This document shows, piece by piece, positions 1 to 12,329 of a stretch of 64,000 nt of DNA (position 1 is the stretch's first letter; every line of letters begins with the position of its first letter). The position numbers were made by a program, and so were the translations under genes. The notes under the pieces are model-generated. The model was given only the letters and a program-made list of their open reading frames with translations. It did not search any database and had not been told where the DNA came from. The stretch covers positions 2,914,001 to 2,978,000 of the forward strand of contig OX597830.1 in NCBI GenBank assembly GCA_951406725.2. The letters are read 5' to 3'. Origin of the DNA: Octopus vulgaris. Lineage: Eukaryota.

Positions 1-537
1 AACTGTGGGTGAAAGTTAGAATATAATCACATTTCTTTGATGCTATTGATATATGTAAGAAAGAGAACCGATGCCTTCGGACAGACTCTTCCAAAGAAGA
101 TACACTTGAGTTTTTTCCCCCAATCAGTAGCACCAAATATTCAGTTACAATATAAAGCAGTCGTAAATATGGCTAGCACTGTAGTAGATAACTCAATATG
201 CATATCTGTCCTTGAAATGGCTTATCAGTATTGAAACATTATGTGTTTATGCACGACAGATCATGGATCATAAGAACTAAAACAAATATTGATATTTACA
301 AGACCTTCCTGTGGGTGAAGTAAAAATGTAAAGAGATTCTTTCTATGCATTTGATGCAGATACACTTGGGCACAAACACACACACAAATATACATTCTTT
401 CACTCTTTTATTTGTTTCAATTATATAACTGGAAGATCAACTTCTAAATCACAGAACTCTGCTTAAAAGATGTTCTTTATAACAGGCTGAAAGACCGACA
501 ACCATTAACAATCCAAAAGCAATCACAGGGTCGTTGC

Positions 538-652
538 TCTTCTTCTTCTTCCAGTTCTTCTCCTTCTTCTCCCAGTTCTTCTTCTTCTTCTTCTTCTTCT
601 TCTTCTTCTTCTTCTTCTTCTTCTTCTTCTTCTTCTTCTTCTTCTTCTTCTT
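538..652. repeat. (TTC)n trinucleotide microsatellite
   Basis: Directly visible run of TTC; source of the poly-K and poly-F ORFs. Confidence 0.97.
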
Positions 653-919
653 CTCCTCAACACAAGAGAATTCTAGATCACAGAGGCTTCGTGGCCTGTT
701 GAAAGGAGCAAATTGTAGTTGAGTATCCAGTAAACTTGCATCTTTATGTTTACTCAAGCCATTGTTCTTAATGCTTATAAACAAATCAAGTTAAAACATT
801 CGATTCTCAATTCTTAGATTCTGTCGTGTCTGAGTAAGAAACTTGTTCCCCAAACCACACAAGGGAGGAGTTAAGTTAATGTCCACAACCAGAGAAAGAA
901 AATTGTCAAATAGAAAGAA

Positions 920-970
920 CATACACACACACACAAATACATACACGTACATATATACCTATTATACGTA

Positions 971-1011
<41 letters not shown>

Positions 1012-1046
1012 TAGTATATATATATATGCATATATATATATATATA

Positions 1047-1087
<41 letters not shown>

Positions 1088-1220
1088 ACGCATATATATT
1101 TGTGTGTGTGTGTGTGTCTATATATAAATATACACTTCTATATATATATATATAAATATAGATAGATAGATAAATAGATAGAGATTGTGTGTGTGTGTGT
1201 GTGTGTGTGTGCGTGCGTGC
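920..1220. repeat. Compound (TA)n/(CA)n/(TG)n/(GATA)n microsatellite
   Basis: Directly visible. Confidence 0.95.
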
Positions 1221-1730
1221 TCAACACTGAAATGAAAATTCTTTTAGTCAGTTGAAAATTGAATTGTATCTAATTACTTGAAACAAATCAAATCTTTAGG
1301 AATTAATTTGATGGTCAGACAAGACTTTTCAAAATACAGCTTGAAAAGATTGTGACAATAAAATAGATAGTTGCAATAAACGATTGAATATCGAGATTTT
1401 AATGGCAGCAGAAACACAAATAAACAATACAAAATTCTTCTCTCTAATTTTCGTATTTCTCTTTGACAAGGTACTATTCTTTTATTGGTTTCAATCATTG
1501 GTGTTTGGCCATGCTTGGGCAATACCTTCAAGGTGTTTAGTCAGTCATAACACCACCACCGTCCTCCCCACTCAGTATTTATTTCAGTCTGGCAATTATT
1601 TTATTGATCGCTATTTATTGATTGGCTCAGTTATCTGGAAGCATACAGAGAAACAACCCACTCTACACTTCACATCTCTATACATATATACATTATATCT
1701 GTGTATATGTCTATAAATGCATACTTACAT

Positions 1731-1771
<41 letters not shown>

Positions 1772-1781
1772 CATGTATATC

Positions 1782-1957
1782 TATTATTTAAAACAGCTTG
1801 ATTCAGTTTCCTGTTACTTCAAGTTTTGTAGGCCCCTATTAGGAACCTGACCCCCTCGGGATTTGGTGATTCCAGAAGCCTGAAGGAGTCAGGCTGACAT
1901 TAAGGACCTGTGAACCTTGAAGTAGCACAGAACTGAATCAAACTGCTTTAAATAATA
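1782..1957. repeat. Diverged inverted repeat (fold-back), ~79-bp arms, ~18-nt loop
   Basis: 1782-1860 (tattatttaaaacagcttgattcagtttcctgttacttcaag...) matches the reverse complement of 1879-1957 (...cttgaagtagcacagaactgaatcaaactgctttaaataata) at roughly 75-80% by eye. The flanking (CA)n and (TG)n extend the symmetry. Confidence 0.8.
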
Positions 1958-1959
1958 TA

Positions 1960-2178
1960 TATACATGTGTATGTGTGTATGTATGTGTGTGTGTGTGTGT
2001 ATGAGTGTGTGTGTGTGTGTGTGTGCTTGTGTATGAGTGTGTGTGTATGTGTGAGCACATGTGTGTGTGTGTATGAGTGTGTGTGTGTGTGTGGAGATAT
2101 GTGCGTGTGTATGAGTGTGTGTATGTGTGAGCACACGTGTGTGTGTGTGTATGAGTGTGTATGTATGTGTGTGCATGA

Positions 2179-2227
<49 letters not shown>

Positions 2228-2230
2228 TGT
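1960..2230. repeat. (TG)n-rich microsatellite
   Basis: Directly visible. Confidence 0.95.
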
Positions 2231-2479
2231 AGGTTAGCTGATGCAAACAGGAAAGACAGAACTCAGAAAATGGTGATAGTCAGCAGAAGTTGTCAAGGGG
2301 TCCAAGAGCTGAGTCTCAGACATTGCCAACAATGAAACTTTCAAGTTTCAACCAATTTGTAATTCCTGCCAATTATCCATAAATAAGATTCTCATCTACA
2401 AAGTGTGTAAGGCATTTGAGGACATCTGTTAATTTTACTACAGCAGCATATTTATCAACTTAATATTTTCTGTATTACA

Positions 2480-3530
2480 GAATTACCAACGGTAGATTAC
2501 ACAAGGAAAGAAGAGGAACGCAGTCATCATGGCTATAAGGGCTGAACACAGCAATTTAGAAATAGCATGATTTTAAAAAGTCACTAGGACCTTCGTCTAC
2601 AAAATTCACAAGGAGTTAGAGGTTAAAGGCCAAAATGTATCACCAGTCTCAAAACGTAAAAAAAATCGTAGACACACTAATAGTATTATAACACCAGAAT
2701 TTGTTTGACAAGTAAAGCAGACCATTGATGACAATCGCAGAAGATTCCTGAGGTTGATTGCAAAAGAACGCCATGTGTCAGAAGGAACAATCCAAAATGT
2801 TGTCCACAAAAACATCAGGCACAAAAGTTATGCGATGAGGAAAGGTAATTTCATGTCAGAAACAGTGAAAGAAAATTGCTTAATCAGATCTAAAAGACTC
2901 CTGAACAAACTTAAAAACCCAGTAGAGAAAGATGCCACTTGGTTCTTCTCAGATGAGAAAAACTTTGATCAAGATCAGAAAGTAAACAGAAGAAATAACA
3001 GATGGCTATGTACAGACCCTTCAGAAGTTCCAGGAGAAATGCATACAAAACTTCCTACAACTGTCATGGTTTTGCGGGGTTGTCAGCAATGAACGGTATG
3101 TGATGCCGCCTCACTTCTTTCCACAAGTCTTCGATTAAACTCTGCTGCCTACATAGATGTTCTGAATAGAGTGGTTAAGCCATGAATCGATAATGTATGC
3201 AACAGAAGACCTTATGCGATTTAACAAGACTCGGCACCATCACAGAAGGCTGCAGCAACACAGGAATGGATGGCAGAAGATTTTCATTACCACATAACCC
3301 CCAACATTTGGCTTCCTAGCTCCCCAGATCTCAATCCATTGGACTACTATGTATGGAGCGTAGTTGAGAAAGGGGTTAATGAGTACCCTCGTGACATCAA
3401 AGAATCCCTAAAAGCCTCCATAGTCAGAGTAATGTCCAATATGAGCACAGACCACTTGATCGTAGCACGTAGGTAATTTGGACTTCACATAGAAGCCATT
3501 ATTGAAGCTGAAGGAGACTTTATTGAATAA
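2480..3530 (+). mobile_element. Decayed Tc1/mariner-superfamily transposase, maT (DD37D) family
   Basis: Motifs WFFSDEKNF (D1), QDSAPS (D2, codon 3228) and WLPSSPDLNPLDYYVW (D3, codon 3342): exactly 37 residues between D2 and D3. C-terminus [12 protein letters not shown]. Stops and frameshifts present. Confidence 0.9.
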
Positions 3531-3534
3531 AATT

Positions 3535-3780
3535 GCATCCATCCATCCCTCGCACCCTCCATCCCTCCATCCATCCATCCCTCCCTCCATCCATCCATCC
3601 ATCCATCCATCCATCCATCCCTCCCTCCCTCCCTCCCTCCATCCCTCCCTCCCTCCCTCCCTCCATCCATCCATCCATCCATCCATCCATCCATCCATCC
3701 ATCCCTCCCTCCCTCCCTCCCTCCCTCCCTCCCTCCCTCCCTCCCTCCCTCCCCCCTCCATCCATCCATACATACATCCA
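3535..3780. repeat. (CCAT)n/(CCCT)n tetranucleotide microsatellite
   Basis: Directly visible. Confidence 0.97.
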
Positions 3781-3800
3781 TACATATATACATATATATA

Positions 3801-5057
3801 TTGGGTCATCCCATAAATAAATAATGTGATTTTTTCAATTGCATGTACTAAAAGTTGGAGAGGATGGGATAAACATTCTGCATCAACATGCTATAAAAGT
3901 AGGTTGTAATTTTACCTTGTCCTTATTCTTAGTGCAAGTTCTGAAGAGTGCAGTTCGATTTTAACAGTTATTTTCTCAAAGCTCTAATAGAAGTGACAAA
4001 GGAGTATATTTGGCATATTTTGTTTTATGAGTTGAATAAAAGCAACAAAACAATGGAAGGTGCAATGAATATTGATGCAGTGTATAGGAATCAGACAATA
4101 AACATAAGCCAGTGTCAAGAAAACAAGCCTAGAATACGAGCCTCATCCTGAAAGATCTGTAAACCTCAACAAGGACGTCCTGTAAACCCTGGTGAAACAA
4201 AATCCCATCGAAACTGTTGAGGAACTAGCAGAGAAGCTTGGATCTGGTCATTTATTGACACCTGCATGCCATCAGAAAAGTCAGCAAATTGGGTCAATGG
4301 ATTCCTCACAAACTTTCCGAGTCTATTTGTGTGCAGTGAGTGAATGTGTGCTCTTCTTTGCTGCTGTGTCTCACGAATGAACCTTTTTGGGACTGAATAG
4401 TGACTGGTGATGAGAAATGGGTTCTCTATAAAAATGTAAAGTGCCAAAGACAGTGGGTAGGGAAAGGAGTTGCACTGCCACCCCAGGCTCAAGAAGATTT
4501 TCACCCATGTAAGGTGTTGTTATCTGTTTGGTGGGATATGAAAGGTTTAGTCCACTTTAAACTTTAAACCCAAACTAAACGATAACAAAGATCTACTGTG
4601 AGCAGTCCAAGCAGCTTCAATCAGTGCTAGAAGAAAAATGACCATCTTTAGCTTCAAGATGAAAGGTATTCTTCCACCAGGATAATGCTCAGCCACATAC
4701 AGTAAGGATTGAAATTAAAAAGGCTGGAGCAGTTTGAATGGGAAATGATGCCCCACCAACCATATTCACCGGACATTGCCCCATCTGCTTATCATTTATT
4801 CCACAGTCTTCAAAATCATTTGGACAGAAAAAATATGAACTCTGTAGATGAGGTCAGAACAGTACTAGAGGAGTATTTTTCATGACGGACAAGTAAATTT
4901 TGGAAGAGCATTCTTGCAAGTCTACCATAGAGATGGAAGAGCATTGTGGAAAATGAATGAGTGTATATTTTAGATTAAAAAAGAAATTTGTTTATATCAA
5001 TTTTGAAAAATAAAAGATGTATAAAAAAAATCCCCCATTATTTATGGGATGACCCTA
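3801..5057 (+). mobile_element. Full-length but inactivated mariner (DD34D-type) element, ~1.26 kb, with TIRs and TA target duplication
   Basis: Left TIR ttgggtcatcccataaataa (3801) and right TIR ttatttatgggatgacccta (ends 5057), each flanked by TA. Transposase motifs IVTGDEKWVLY, HPCKVLLSVWWD, FHQDNAQPH, PHQPYSPDIAPSAYHLFHSLQNHL with stops and frameshifts. Confidence 0.93.
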
Positions 5058-5707
5058 TATAGATATCATTGAGATCATAAAAATTTATAAACTTTTGAGA
5101 GAAAATGAAATAATTCTTGTTTCAGAACTGGATCTCATAGCACATAAAGCTATAAATAAAAGTATGTAAATATTGGGTTGAAAAACAATTTTTGAATAAA
5201 AAAAGTCAAAGTTTGTCCATGAAACCCCAAAACATATCAATTGGTGACACTTCTGTTGTCAGTTATTTGTCTGAAAATGCATTGACCAATCACTTCTCCA
5301 GAGAAACTGGGCTGGTTGGGTGAAATGATTTATTACATCATTCCATTGATGAGAGCATTGCAGAAAGACAAATGTGTATAGTGACAATAGTAGTAACAGC
5401 AGTGAAAATAGAAATAAAATTCTTTTAAGCCTTGTCTTTCCCATACCATTGGACCTCCAGAAACACACTAATACCCCCACCCTGTCTTCTGGGATCCGAC
5501 TTGTTGGACCAAACCACCCTGTTTTACCCTATGCTGTGCTCTGTTTGAATATTTCATTATATCTATTATTTCAATTCAATAAATTTAATTTGCTTTGTTT
5601 GATTTTATATCACTGTTTTTTATTTTATATCATTCTGTCTTTTACTTGTTCCATTAGAGACCATCATTGAAATGCCTGATCTTGATGGACCATTTTGCAC
5701 ACTCTCC

Positions 5708-6355
5708 ATTTACAGCCTTTAAATTTGAGCCAATACAGCAGTGTGAATGTAGTCCCTTGGAGAGATATATTGGACGATACAATATAAATAATAAATATTT
5801 GGTGCAATTAAGAAGGACAGGGTGATCATGGATGGAATGCTTTTGATCTTAGATCTAGTCATTTAGGCATGACCTGGGACTAAACAACAGACAGTACATT
5901 GGCAGGGATTCAATGCATTGCAGTAATTACTCCAGATTCTTGAGCTCAAATCCTACTGATGTCAAGAGAATTTTGTTTTTCCAGGATTATTGAATAAAGC
6001 ACAAAGCAAGTGTAGCAAGTCTTGCTGCCACCAATTCTGCTCAGTCCACTACACTTGCTTTGTGCTTTATTCAATAATCCTGGAAAAACAAAATTCTCTT
6101 GACATCAGTAGGATTTGAGCTCAAGAATCTGGAGTAATTACTGCAATGCATTGAATCCCTGCCAATGTACTGTCTGTTGTTTAGTCCCAGGTCATGCCTA
6201 AATGACTAGATCTAAGATCAAAGCATTCCATCCATGATCACCCTGTCCTTCTTAATTGCACCAAATATTTATTATTTATATTGTATCGTCCAATATATCT
6301 CTCCAAGGGACTACATTCACACTGCTGTATTGGCTCAAATTTAAAGGCTGTAAAT
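5708..6355. repeat. Near-perfect long inverted repeat: arms 5708-6015 and 6049-6355, 33-bp spacer
   Basis: Arms read as reverse complements except one homopolymer indel (gcttttgatc vs gatcaaagc). Confidence 0.97.
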
Positions 6356-7854
6356 CTGACAAAACACAGGACTGTAACAGGACATTTGTCAGGGCTATCT
6401 ACCAACTGACCATCACATAAACCGTTGTTGTGGGTGGGTCTGACATGATGACTGGTTGGGATGATGAATGAAAATATGTTTCTTGGGCTGAGTGGAAAAG
6501 TAAGTGACAACACTCACGAATATTTAACAGATTTGATTACTGGACATAGTGTTCTAACTTTGTTGGTCTTTTACAAATGACAACAGTAATAATTACATAG
6601 TAGAAGAGCCAGTTTAGAGTTTACAGCAAGCTTTCGTATGCAGGTGATCTGTGACTGGCCCAACAACTGGTCTATATTCATCTGGATTGTCTGGCTGTGG
6701 TAAGAATGGAGATCCATTGCACAGCTGCCTCAAAATTCTGCAATTACCACCAGAAGCAGCCTTTTTATAAGGTGTAAGGTGTAAGGAGAAGATTCTAGAA
6801 GATTGAATCATATGATGGCTTGACACTGATTGGTTGGTTAAATGACCAGTCAAGTGAAACTACTGTGGTTTAGTAGTGATGCCCGACCAGTTATTCTGTT
6901 GTTCAGGTTTGAATTAATGCCACACATTATGTTAATACTAATGTACCTATTGTGACTCAAGTGAATAAAATGATATTAGCCCTTGACGAACATTGTATTT
7001 TTCCCATTACATACTTAGTATTTTAAGCCTGAATATATTAAATATGTTAATTAGCTCAACTGCTGTACATGTGACCTCCTGTTTGACTAGAGAGGAACAA
7101 CAGGAAACTCCTTCAGGAAGCAGAAATAAAGTTTCTTTAACCGCATCAACACTAGTATAGATGAAGGAAACTTTAACAATTCATAGATGTGAACAAATAA
7201 AGAAAATAATTCAATTACATCAGTGGATGTTACATCCAACATGGTGGAATAATAATTGAAAGACAGACAAATGTAATTCAGAATTTCTGCTGCTACTGTT
7301 AATTTCCATAAATGATTTACAGTAATTTTTATAAAACTTAGACATGCATGCATGTGTGTGTATGTGTGTTTGTACTTATGCATGTGTGTGTACATGTATG
7401 TATACATATGTGTGCAAAAATGTGAGTGTGTGTATGTATATACACATGCACACAGACACATACAGTTTGACAGACAGACAGATAGGTTTATATATCAACA
7501 GTTTTACTTGACCGATAGCTGACTAACTCAAAATTTACAGAAATAAATACTTAAGAAAAATTTTTAAGATACAAACAGAAAGTTGCAATAATCATTCTTT
7601 TCCCAAGAACATTGCTGCTGACATAAGTTGACAGTAAGGAAAAGGAGAAGAAAAAAACAGACACCAGACAACAGTCTAAATATTAACCTCTCATTCATCA
7701 AACCTCTTTATTCAAAACAATTTCATTCTATGAAGTTAATGGTGGAGCTTCTTTATTGAGTTAGAAAGAGCAGCCAATTCCTCTTTGAATCATCCTGTGC
7801 AATCTTAATCTGATTATATTAGATTATGTCATTCTCAATAAACTGTCTTAATAA

Positions 7855-8308
7855 TCCTTTCTATTAAAAGAATAAGGGCTGAAGTTTTTTTGTGAGGGGT
7901 GGGGAGAGGAAGGAAATAGTTGATTACATCGACTCCAGAATTTCCCTGGTACTTAATTTGTCGACCCCAAAAGAATGAAAGGCAAAGCTAACCTCATCGG
8001 AATTTCAACTCAGAATGTAGCGATGGGTGAAATAGCGCTAAGCATTTCACCTAGCATGCTAATGACTCTGCTAGCTCACCACCTTAACTGTTTTAGTAAT
8101 CCTTTCTGTTATAGGCACAAGACCCGAAGTTTTTTTTGGGGGGGGGGCAAGTTGAGTACATCAATCCCAGAGTCCCACTGGTGCTGAATTTCTTGAGCTC
8201 AAAAGGATAAAAAACAAAGTTAATCTCAGCAGAATTTGAACTCAGATGGATGAAATGCCACAAAGCATTTTGCCCAGCATGCTCACAATTCTGCTGATTT
8301 CATGCTTT
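7855..8308 (-). mobile_element. Two tandem copies of tRNA-derived SINE family A
   Basis: Reverse complement of the head ggtggtgagctagcagagtcattagcatg...gagttgaaattcc and the body ctttgcctttcattcttttggggtcgac...aagtaccag, shared with many copies in the window. Confidence 0.8.
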
Positions 8309-9869
8309 AAACTGCCTTAATAATAAAATATAATGTTTATGGTACAAACGTTGTCTTTGTGAGGGAAAAAATTAATTTTTTCCTCTAAAACCTTGGTCTT
8401 CAACCTGGAATTTTATTGTTAAAGTTTATGTGCAATAAATTTGGTTATACTGCACCAAAAACGATATTTTAAACACTGAATGGTTGTGAGGATTCACCTG
8501 AGTAAAATAGGGACCAGAAGAGTCCATAGGGGGAAAATGATTGTTGAGAACCAATGGTTTAAAACATAAGTTATGTTTTCCCATGACATCTGAATTCTTA
8601 ACTGACTTTTACCATTGCAGAGTAAAGCTACAAGACAGTCACTACAGCAGTGATAAGTTTGTCCCTACAACTATAAAGGTTCCTCTTGTTGTAGCAGGGG
8701 GAAATTGTAAGCATATAAGGACCAATGAGGGCCTTTTGTGATGGAGAAAATAATGAGATTTTAATTTTACAAATTCATTGTGATTGTACCCAATCACACT
8801 AAGCAACATTCATTAAAATGTTATACAACATTAATTAACCCAATAATTACAATGCTTTAAATACCAAAACAAGAAGGATGCCACAGAATATAATAATTTA
8901 AATTTAATTAAGCTTCTTATCTTCAGTCTTAATGAGAAGAATGGCTCTGCTTTGTATTAGGAAGTTTAGAGATATTAGGTGGGACTGGTCATTCCACAAT
9001 TCTAAGATTCCATACAAGATTTCTCTATTTATTCATGTTTAATGTGCAATTTTTCCATATTCTAAAACCTGAACACCAAGGGTGAGAATTATTCACAAGA
9101 ATTAAATATGTTGAGTGATTCACCATATTCAGGATGATTAACTGCACTCATCATCCTCATCAGCGTCATCATTGAAAGTCTGATTTCTATGCTGGCATGG
9201 GTTGGAGCATTTTGCAAGTCAGAAGACCACAACAAGCTCTACTGTCCGCTTTGGTTTGCTGTCTGTGGCTGGATACTCTTCAAGCAGTGAAATACTTTGC
9301 TCAGTGCTGTACCAAGTACGTTGCAAAATAAAACCAGCCCAGAACAAAGGTGGCGAGCAATGGCTTCATGCCGCATGAAGGGAAGAGTTAGGGTACAAAT
9401 AAAGGGACAGAAATAGGTGTCTTGCAGTGGAGGAGATACATGGCTATTTCATTTGAGAAGAGGGGAAAGAAAAAGGAGAGGGAGGAGAGGGCGAGAGGGC
9501 GAGGGGATAAAGAGGAGAGGTGAGAGAGAGAGAGATGGTGAAGATGTGACGAGGGATACACTCCAGGTTTCAGAGAGATGTGTATTGTGAAGTGGATCAG
9601 GGATTGAATAAAGTGAGTGGGTGGATGTGAAAGGAGAGTGGGATGTTGAGGGGAGGGAGAATGTATTAAGTAGACACAGGTTGCGTGGGGGGGGTATGAT
9701 GTTGGAAAGGGTTTCAACAGGAACTAATTGACTTGCCCCTGCTAATTATTGTTTAACGAGGAGCTCAGATTATTATATTAATACTGCACTTCTTTATGGC
9801 TGTGCTGATATATTAAATGTTCAGCAAAACTAGCAGACATGTTCCCATGAAATTACTGCTATCAATGTC

Positions 9870-10070
9870 AGCTGGCAGAATCGTTTGCATGCTGGGCAAA
9901 AAACTTAGTGGTATTTCAGTTGTCTTTAAGATCTGGGTTCAAATTCCACTGAGGTTTCATCTCTTCATGATCAATAAAATAAGTACCAGTTATGTACTGG
10001 GGTTGATGTAACCAACCTATCCCCTCCCCCAGAATTGCTGGCTTTGTGCCAAAATTTAGAACCAATATGT
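9870..10070 (+). mobile_element. SINE family A copy
   Basis: agctggcagaatcgtttgcatgctgggc...gggttcaaattcc...aataagtaccagtt; tRNA-like A/B boxes. Confidence 0.75.
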
Positions 10071-10924
10071 ATGGCTAGAATGTGATACTACAATTATCAG
10101 AAATAGTAACTGAACAGTTTCATCTGAAGATTAAATTTATAAATAATCAATATAGCTGACACATAGATATCATCATAATCATCAAAATATAACCTAAAAA
10201 ATAATTACCTCTGTTCCTGATATACTGTAATTATTATAATGAACCATCATTATTTGAGTCTTTAAAGAAAGAACAAAATATTTGATAATGAATGTATTTA
10301 ATTGAAAGTATCATGAAAGTCACTGATATCCTTCCCCACTGATTGACTTTCCATACATTTACTTTACAAGAGAAACATTCTTCGTTCTTGCCGATAAAAT
10401 TTCAAAGTTTGTTTTGAATTTGCTCACTGTTTATGGAAACAGGAATTTTTTTTAAACAGCATTTACCATCAATCAGACTAACGGGGAGTCTACATTTAAA
10501 TGGCTGGGCTTGTTTACACGTCAGTTACTGGACAGAAAACTTTGTAACACATTTATGCTCCATTTTTATGAAGGTCTCAAAAAAGGGCTTTCTGTGGTAA
10601 AAAGGAAAGAATTGGAGAACAGTCAAATAGAATTTAATACCTTAATGCGATGTTATTCAGCAACAACATATTTGATTAAATAAATCAAGCAGATTAGCAA
10701 GGCTAGGATGTCTTTGATCATATGACCATTGAATCAAGACTGACCCAGGCTTCAGAAACACCACCAACAGAACCATATCATAGACACTACTTAATATAGT
10801 TAAGTGCTTAGAACCAGTCAACTTTATTTGTGACTCCAATACAGGATCACTAATTTGGCTGGAGTTAAATTTCAGAAATAATTTTTCATTTTAATGCTGT
10901 GATTGAGAAGACCTAACAACTAAA

Positions 10925-11319
10925 GTGAGATTGCAGCCATACATGTCCGGGCCAGTTAAGAGTACCTCTGAATCGTTGGGTGATATGATATGCTTGAGAA
11001 GATCAGTTGAGTCAAGTAAAACCAATATTGTAGCTGTAGCCAGCATCCCCTGACTGGTCCTCATGCCGGTGGCACATAAAAACCACTATCCGAACGTAAT
11101 TGATGCCAGTGCCTACTGACAGTCTCCTGTGCTGGTGGCACATAAATAGCACCCACTACACTCTTGGAGGGATTGGCATTAAGAAGGGCATCAATGTAGA
11201 AACACTGCCAGGTCAGATTGGAGCCTGGTGCAGCTGCTGGCTCTCCAGACCTCTGTCAAACCATCCAACCCATGCCAGCATGGAAAACGGACGTTAAACG
11301 ATGATGATGATGATGATGA
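10925..11319 (+). mobile_element. RTE LINE 3' UTR fragment with (GAT)n tail
   Basis: Ends catggaaaacggacgttaaacgatgatgat; same sequence as the 3' UTR attached to the RT remnant at 13825-15520. Confidence 0.85.
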
Positions 11320-11559
11320 ATTATTCAAGAACTTTAATATTGCTTGTTTTCATGATAAACATAGTTTGTTCCTGATGAGGTTTAATGCAATTAATAGTTA
11401 ATGGCTGTTAATGAATATCTTCTTTTATTGTAAAATAAAAAAATTTTATTGCTTTCCTGTGGTTTTTGGCATAGAATTCCATACAATACATATAATATTG
11501 TTTTTGTGGCACAAAAGTTCCTTAAAAGAGTCAGAGACACCTTTTATGCCAGAGTCTGA

Positions 11560-12160
11560 TAAAGATTGCTGGTACACAGTAAAACTGGTGCAGGTTAATC
11601 TGATACAGGTCACAATGGCACCAGTGGAAAAACAGAGAAAAGTGGCACATTTAATTAAAGCAAATTTCACGCTCCAGAATTCTTAATTAAAATTTAATTA
11701 AAATGTTTTAAAAAGTTGGGTCAATTAATTACATCTGATTATAAAGTTTGGGGAAAACACAGTTGAAATAAATGATTAAACAAAATTAAAGGTGACTGTT
11801 ATATCCAACATCTTGAATTAACAGATGCTCTTGCAACCTTCTTCAAAGTCTTTACACTGATATTTCAAACACTGGTTGTGATCTTTGTACCAACTGTTCT
11901 ATTTTTTTCTCGGTGTCCTGGCCAATTACATCTTCAGCATTGAGCACACTGATAGTGGACACTTCTTTCTCAATTACTCAAATCATTTTCCAATTTGAGA
12001 GTTGCTTGCAAGGAATAAGGTGAATAAACTTTGTTATTCTAGTCTTCACAATCATTGTTGGTCTTCAGATTATGTTTTAGTTTGGCTAAATTTACGTTCA
12101 ACAGTTTGGATGTAAACATCGTGGTTCACATCTCAAATTGAGGACAAGAAACCTGTGAAT
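11560..12160 (-). mobile_element. Probable Mutator-like (MULE) transposase C-terminal remnant and terminal region
   Basis: Minus-strand reading with frameshifts gives KTNNDCED*NNKF..LIPCKQLSNWKMI*VIEKE, resembling the MULE RTNNxxEGWNNxF motif. Terminal-like repeats (tggcaccagtggaaaa) at ~11617. Confidence 0.45.
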
Positions 12161-12329
12161 ATATTTCAGATTACAATATCAAAGTACAAACAAAATCAGA
12201 AGCCAAAGAGTGAATGGAGTGATTTAACCAAACTAAAGGATGAGAAACAAATAACAATTAATAACGGTTAATAATGAAAATGCAGTAATCATTCTCTTGT
12301 CGTTTGCCTTTCTCATCTTCTCTTTACAA

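Noticed and set aside
6642-6698. AG...GTAAGA-bounded candidate exon
   Set aside because: Weak pyrimidine tract and no recognisable peptide.
11370-11410. CTGATGAG hammerhead core
   Set aside because: No GAAA or stem II/III at a suitable distance.
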